DNA from: an uncultured Saprospiraceae bacterium
GTDB taxonomy: Bacteria; Bacteroidota; Bacteroidia; Chitinophagales; Saprospiraceae
Length of the DNA: 64,000 nucleotides
NCBI GenBank assembly: GCA_964523725.1
Contig: CAZGAU010000005.1
Span: forward strand, 609-64,608
Reading direction: 5' to 3'
Position numbers and translations under genes: made by a program. The notes under the pieces were generated by a model that was given only the letters and a program-made list of their open reading frames with translations, was not told the DNA's origin and searched no databases. This document shows, one piece after another, positions 59,772 to 64,000 of the stretch (positions within the stretch are counted from its first letter, which is position 1; each line of letters starts with the position of its first letter).

Positions 59772-60347
59772 TCAGTTAGAATTTTCTACTTTTTTAAACG
59801 TAAAAACTCCAAAAAAAATACCCAATAAAGTAAAAGCAACTAAATGATCGAACACATTGGCAACGGTATAATCCAACGGAAATAAAAACCAGTTCATCTG
59901 AGCAAAATCGCTGACCAGCCCAATAATGGCGCCGATAATGACGCAGGTGGACCAAACAGAGGAGAAAGATTTGTCTTGCAATTTGCTGAGCACAATGAGT
60001 TCCAAAATGACCGTCAGTAAATTCAAAATACCACTGATGACAAAGGTTTTGGGGTCGAATAGGGTAGTGCCGCCGGCTTTGTAAACTATGAGCGTGATTC
60101 TCGGTCCGGTCTGGATCTTTGCTTCCAGTTCCTTCCAGCTTTGCGGCGATTCATCTTCCGGCAGCCCAGGATAGTGGAAAACACCATCGTACGGCATTAT
60201 TTGCTGAATATTAGCCGTATCAATCACCGCAGCCGGCAGATTCGTCAGGCTGTTGGTATGAAAAGGCAGAAACATCCAGGAAACAGCATTCCAGGCAAAA
60301 AGAATTACGGTTCCGAAAATTACGGAAAAGAAAATGCGCACGCTCAT
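59772..60347 (-). CDS. hypothetical membrane protein
   Basis: 191 aa with about 4 TM helices. Confidence 0.5.
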   Translation of the reverse strand: MSVRIFFSVIFGTVILFAWNAVSWMFLPFHTNSLTNLPAAVIDTANIQQIMPYDGVFHYPGLPEDESPQSWKELEAKIQTGPRITLIVYKAGGTTLFDPKTFVISGILNLLTVILELIVLSKLQDKSFSSVWSTCVIIGAIIGLVSDFAQMNWFLFPLDYTVANVFDHLVAFTLLGIFFGVFTFKKVENSN

Positions 60348-60371
60348 AGCTTTGTTTGTTTCTAAACCAAG

Positions 60372-62624
60372 TTATTTTTTCATCAAGGTTTTCGACAGTA
60401 CCTTTTGAGAATTACTGCCTACCATGATGTCGAATTCTCCCGGCTCCACAATAAATTTACCGGTATTGTCATAAAACCCAAGCTCGGCATCAGTCAGTAC
60501 AAATTCTACTACCTTCGATTCGTTGGGCTGCAACATAAATTTATGGAAACCCTTCAATTCCTTAACCGGGCGCACTACGCTCGCTACTTTATCACGGATG
60601 TAGAGTTGAGCTACTTCCTCTCCCGCTACTTTGCCCGTATTGCTCACGGTAACGCGGACTTTAACTGAAAATTGATTGGAGTCATCTATCTGTAAATCAG
60701 TGTATTCGAAATTGGTATAGCTCAAACCATAACCGAAAGGATACAAGGGCTGATTGCTTTCATCGCTGTAATGCGACCAGAAAACTTCGGGCTTGGGTCC
60801 AGGACGTCCTGTGCTGTAATGGTTGTAATAAATGGGGACTTGCCCGACACTCCGTGGAAAAGTCATCGGAAGTTTACCGCTTGGGTTATAATCGCCAAAC
60901 AATACCTGTGCAATCGCATTGCCGCTCTGGGTACCCAGTTGCCATGCCTCCACGATGGCAGGCACATGCTCATCTGCCCAGGTAACCGCCAGCGGGCGAC
61001 CGTTCATCAACACGAGGACAATATTTGGATTCACAGCATGCACCGCCTCCAGCAATTCCTGCTGAACGCCCGGCAAATCAAGCTGCGTACGGCTACGTCC
61101 TTCGCCACTTTGGAAGCCATGCTCGCCCAACACCATAATGACCACCTCTGATCCTTTGGCCAGTTTAATGGCTTCCGCAAACCCGCTTTTATCGGTTTCG
61201 TTGATTTTTACTTCGTTGATGAAATTGGTTGCACCAATGGCCAGATCAGCGCCTTTGGCGTACTTGAAATTATTGGTGTAATTCTTAAGTCCTTCCAGTA
61301 CCGATACAGCTGTATTGTCGTCCGAACCGATGCGCCAGCTACCCAGGGGACTATTTTTATCATTTGCCAATGCTCCAATTACAGCTATCTTTCGTTGCGT
61401 TTTCTTAAGCGGAAGTAACTGCTTCTCATTTTTTAGCAAAACGATGGATTTTTTCGCCATATCAAGCGCGGCCGCCATGTGATCGGGATGATAAATCAAT
61501 TCCTTTTCGCGTTGTAGATCACAATATTTGTAAGGATCGTCAAAAAGACCCAATTCAAATTTCACGCGCAGAATTCTTCTCACTGCATCATCAATCACGC
61601 TCATTCTTACTTTGCCAGCCTCAACCAATTCTTTCAAATGCGTAACATAAGCGTAGGATTCCATATCCATATCCGAACCGGCATTTGCTGCCAATTCTGC
61701 AACCTGCTTCAAATCCCGGGCAAAGCCGTGGTCGATCATCTCCAGCCCCGAACCCCAGTCAGAAATAATAAAACCATCAAAATTCCACTTGTCTTTTAAA
61801 ATGTCTCTTTGCAAAAATTCATTGGCAGTAGCCGGAATGCCATTCAATACATTGAAGGAATTCATCACTGTGCGAACGTTATTGTCCACTGCTGCTTTAA
61901 AAGGAGGAAAAATCACATTGTAAAGCGTAGAAGTACCGACATCCACGGTGTTATAATCCTTGCCCGCTTCAGCAAAACCGTAGCCCGCAAAATGTTTTGC
62001 AGTAGCCGCAATTGTATTAGGCGCAGATAAGTCATCTCCTTGGAACCCCTTGATCCTGGCAACTCCGATTTTTGAACCCAAGTATGTGTCCTCACCGGCG
62101 CCTTCCATTACCCGACCCCAGCGCGCATCTCTTGAAATATCAACCATCGGTGCAAAGGTCCAATGGATACCCACTGCCGAGGCTTCGATCGCAGCAATTC
62201 TCGCTGATTTTTCAATCGCCGCCAAATCCCAGCTGGCAGCTTCCGCTAAAGGTATAGGTGACAAGGTTTTATGCCCATGAATGACATCAAAACCAAAGAT
62301 TAGCGGGATGCCTAATCTTGTTTCTTTCACGACCAATTCCTGGAGTTTACGGGTGTCAGCCGCACCTTTTACGTTGAGCATGGATCCCACCAAGCCTTGT
62401 TTCAGGTGCTCATATTTTAATTTGGCGGTTCCTTCTTTCGGGGCTGGACCGGTCACCTCCCAAAAACCGTTGTATTGATTCATCTGACCCACTTTCTCTG
62501 TAAGTGTCATAATGAGTAGAAGAGAATCAATTTTGGCTTCAATAGCTTTGGATTGTGCAGAAATTGAATTGGCAATCAATAAACACAAAGATATCCCGAC
62601 TAATAGGTTTAGCTGTTTCATCAA
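60372..62624 (-). CDS. bglX: glycoside hydrolase family 3 beta-glucosidase
   Basis: Signal peptide; GFIISDWG nucleophile motif; 750 aa with the C-terminal FnIII-like domain typical of BglX. Confidence 0.9.
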   Translation of the reverse strand: MMKQLNLLVGISLCLLIANSISAQSKAIEAKIDSLLLIMTLTEKVGQMNQYNGFWEVTGPAPKEGTAKLKYEHLKQGLVGSMLNVKGAADTRKLQELVVKETRLGIPLIFGFDVIHGHKTLSPIPLAEAASWDLAAIEKSARIAAIEASAVGIHWTFAPMVDISRDARWGRVMEGAGEDTYLGSKIGVARIKGFQGDDLSAPNTIAATAKHFAGYGFAEAGKDYNTVDVGTSTLYNVIFPPFKAAVDNNVRTVMNSFNVLNGIPATANEFLQRDILKDKWNFDGFIISDWGSGLEMIDHGFARDLKQVAELAANAGSDMDMESYAYVTHLKELVEAGKVRMSVIDDAVRRILRVKFELGLFDDPYKYCDLQREKELIYHPDHMAAALDMAKKSIVLLKNEKQLLPLKKTQRKIAVIGALANDKNSPLGSWRIGSDDNTAVSVLEGLKNYTNNFKYAKGADLAIGATNFINEVKINETDKSGFAEAIKLAKGSEVVIMVLGEHGFQSGEGRSRTQLDLPGVQQELLEAVHAVNPNIVLVLMNGRPLAVTWADEHVPAIVEAWQLGTQSGNAIAQVLFGDYNPSGKLPMTFPRSVGQVPIYYNHYSTGRPGPKPEVFWSHYSDESNQPLYPFGYGLSYTNFEYTDLQIDDSNQFSVKVRVTVSNTGKVAGEEVAQLYIRDKVASVVRPVKELKGFHKFMLQPNESKVVEFVLTDAELGFYDNTGKFIVEPGEFDIMVGSNSQKVLSKTLMKK

Positions 62625-62789
62625 TATTTTTAGTTTTAATTTGCTACTAAATTTTCAATTCCAAATATATTCCCAAATTGCCAGATAGAAAAATCCGATT
62701 GCCTTTCAAAACAAATTGCTGTATCTTTTTTTGTCACGTCCACCATTTCCTCTATCTTTCGAGCCGCCTAACCAATAAAGATTAAAACG

Positions 62790-64000
62790 ATGAGATTACT
62801 TGCTTTTCTAGTTCTCCTTCTGAGTTCGGTAGCGATGCCGGCACAACAATTTTCTCAGGCTGAAATTGCGCGCTGGCAGCAACAGGCACAGGGTGTCACC
62901 ATCATGCGTGATAACTGGGGCATTCCGCATATTTATGGCAAAACGGATGCCGATGTGGTCTTTGGTTTGATGTATGCGCAATGCGAAGATGATTTTGCCC
63001 GGGTGGAAATGAACTACATCGACGCGATCGGGCGTATGGCGGAAGTAGAAGGCGAATCAGGTTTGTACCATGATCTGCGTGCCCGGATGTTTCTGACGCC
63101 GGAACAAGCAAGAGCGACTTACGAAAAAAGCCCCTCCTGGATGAAAAAACTCCTCGACGCTTTCGCGGATGGCATGAATTATTATTTGTATAAAAATCCG
63201 GAAAAGAAGCCCATTCTTATTACACGCTACGAACCCTGGATGCCGCTGACTTTCACCGAAGGCAGTATCGGCGGCAACATCACCGGGATCTCGCTAAACC
63301 GGATCAAAGCGTTTTATGAAAATTACAAATTCACCTCCTCCCGGACGGACTTTTTGAAAGAGCTGGATCGCGAGCCCGTTGGTTCCAATGGTTTTGCCAT
63401 TGCGCCATCGAAAAGCGCTAGCGGGAATGCATTGTTATTGATAAATCCGCATACTTCTTTTTATTTTCGAATTGAAGCGCAAATGGTAAGCGAGCAGGGG
63501 ATGAATGCCTACGGGGCTTTGACCTGGGGGCAATTCTTTATCTATCAGGGTTTTAATGAAAATTGTGGCTGGATGCACACGTCCACTTATGCTGACTTTC
63601 TGGACGAATATCTGGAAACGGTGGAAAAGCGCGACGGCAAGTTCTTTTACAAATACGGCGAAGAATGGCGCCCGGTTACAGAAGAAAAAGTGGTTTTGCC
63701 CTATAAAGACGGCGACCGCATAGCGCAAAAAGAGTTTACGATTTATAAAACACATCACGGACCTGTGATTGGCGAGCAAGACGGTAAATGGCTGACCATA
63801 CGCATGATGAACCAACCGATTGATGCGCTGGCTCAATCTTACCTGCGCACCAAAGCCAAAGACTACAGAAGTTTCAACAAGGTGATGAAAATGCGCACCA
63901 ATTCTTCAAATAATACGGTTTTTGCGGATCGCAAGGGTAATATCGTGTACTGGCACGGCAATTTTATGCCCAAAAGAAATCCAGGATTTGATTACAACGA
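62790..64000 (+). CDS. penicillin acylase (S45/Ntn hydrolase) family protein, 3' end beyond the window
   Basis: My own translation from the ATG at 62790 stays open to the window end. It shows a signal peptide, RDNWGIPHIYG, and PVGSNGFAIAP (the beta-subunit N-terminal Ser). It is absent from the ORF track because there is no stop codon. Confidence 0.8.
   Translation, partial: MRLLAFLVLLLSSVAMPAQQFSQAEIARWQQQAQGVTIMRDNWGIPHIYGKTDADVVFGLMYAQCEDDFARVEMNYIDAIGRMAEVEGESGLYHDLRARMFLTPEQARATYEKSPSWMKKLLDAFADGMNYYLYKNPEKKPILITRYEPWMPLTFTEGSIGGNITGISLNRIKAFYENYKFTSSRTDFLKELDREPVGSNGFAIAPSKSASGNALLLINPHTSFYFRIEAQMVSEQGMNAYGALTWGQFFIYQGFNENCGWMHTSTYADFLDEYLETVEKRDGKFFYKYGEEWRPVTEEKVVLPYKDGDRIAQKEFTIYKTHHGPVIGEQDGKWLTIRMMNQPIDALAQSYLRTKAKDYRSFNKVMKMRTNSSNNTVFADRKGNIVYWHGNFMPKRNPGFDYN

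Noticed and set aside
62660-62700. AAATTGCCAGATAGAAAAATCCGATTGCC upstream of the penicillin-acylase-family gene shares the ATTGCC and AGATAG words with units of the 39.7-kb array.
   Set aside because: It is a single partial match of short words and could easily be chance. It needs a genome-wide motif search before any claim.

Overview
A 64-kb stretch that looks like a Bacteroidota (Cytophagia/Sphingobacteriia-like) chromosome. It is densely coding and mostly housekeeping or envelope genes: arginine deiminase-family enzyme, rlmH, rhomboid, miaE, prolyl oligopeptidase, cdaA, skp/ompH, yidC, folP, tamB, aroC, mutS2, ndk, nrnA, an FKBP isomerase, prfB with its programmed +1 frameshift, cutA, pfkA, a TRAP transporter, GH5 and GH3 glycosidases, and a 3'-truncated penicillin-acylase-family gene. 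I found no rRNA, tRNA, CRISPR array, transposase or integrase. The one clearly accessory locus is about 39.6-42.2 kb, between a SnoaL-like gene and mutS2. It holds: (i) a degenerate array of about 12 units with 21-22 bp period, many with dyad-symmetric cores; (ii) a translationally coupled vapBC toxin-antitoxin pair; (iii) three GC-rich stem-loops; (iv) a strongly AT-rich gene for a 338-aa protein. The C-terminal half of that protein carries the motif string I recognise as the Cap12/PycTIR-type TIR-like domain, fused to an unrecognisable helical N-terminal domain, with no cyclase, ThsA or other known partner nearby. This is my best candidate for an undescribed minimal defence or abortive-infection module. 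All calls come from reading the ORF translations and the DNA by eye; no database search was run.
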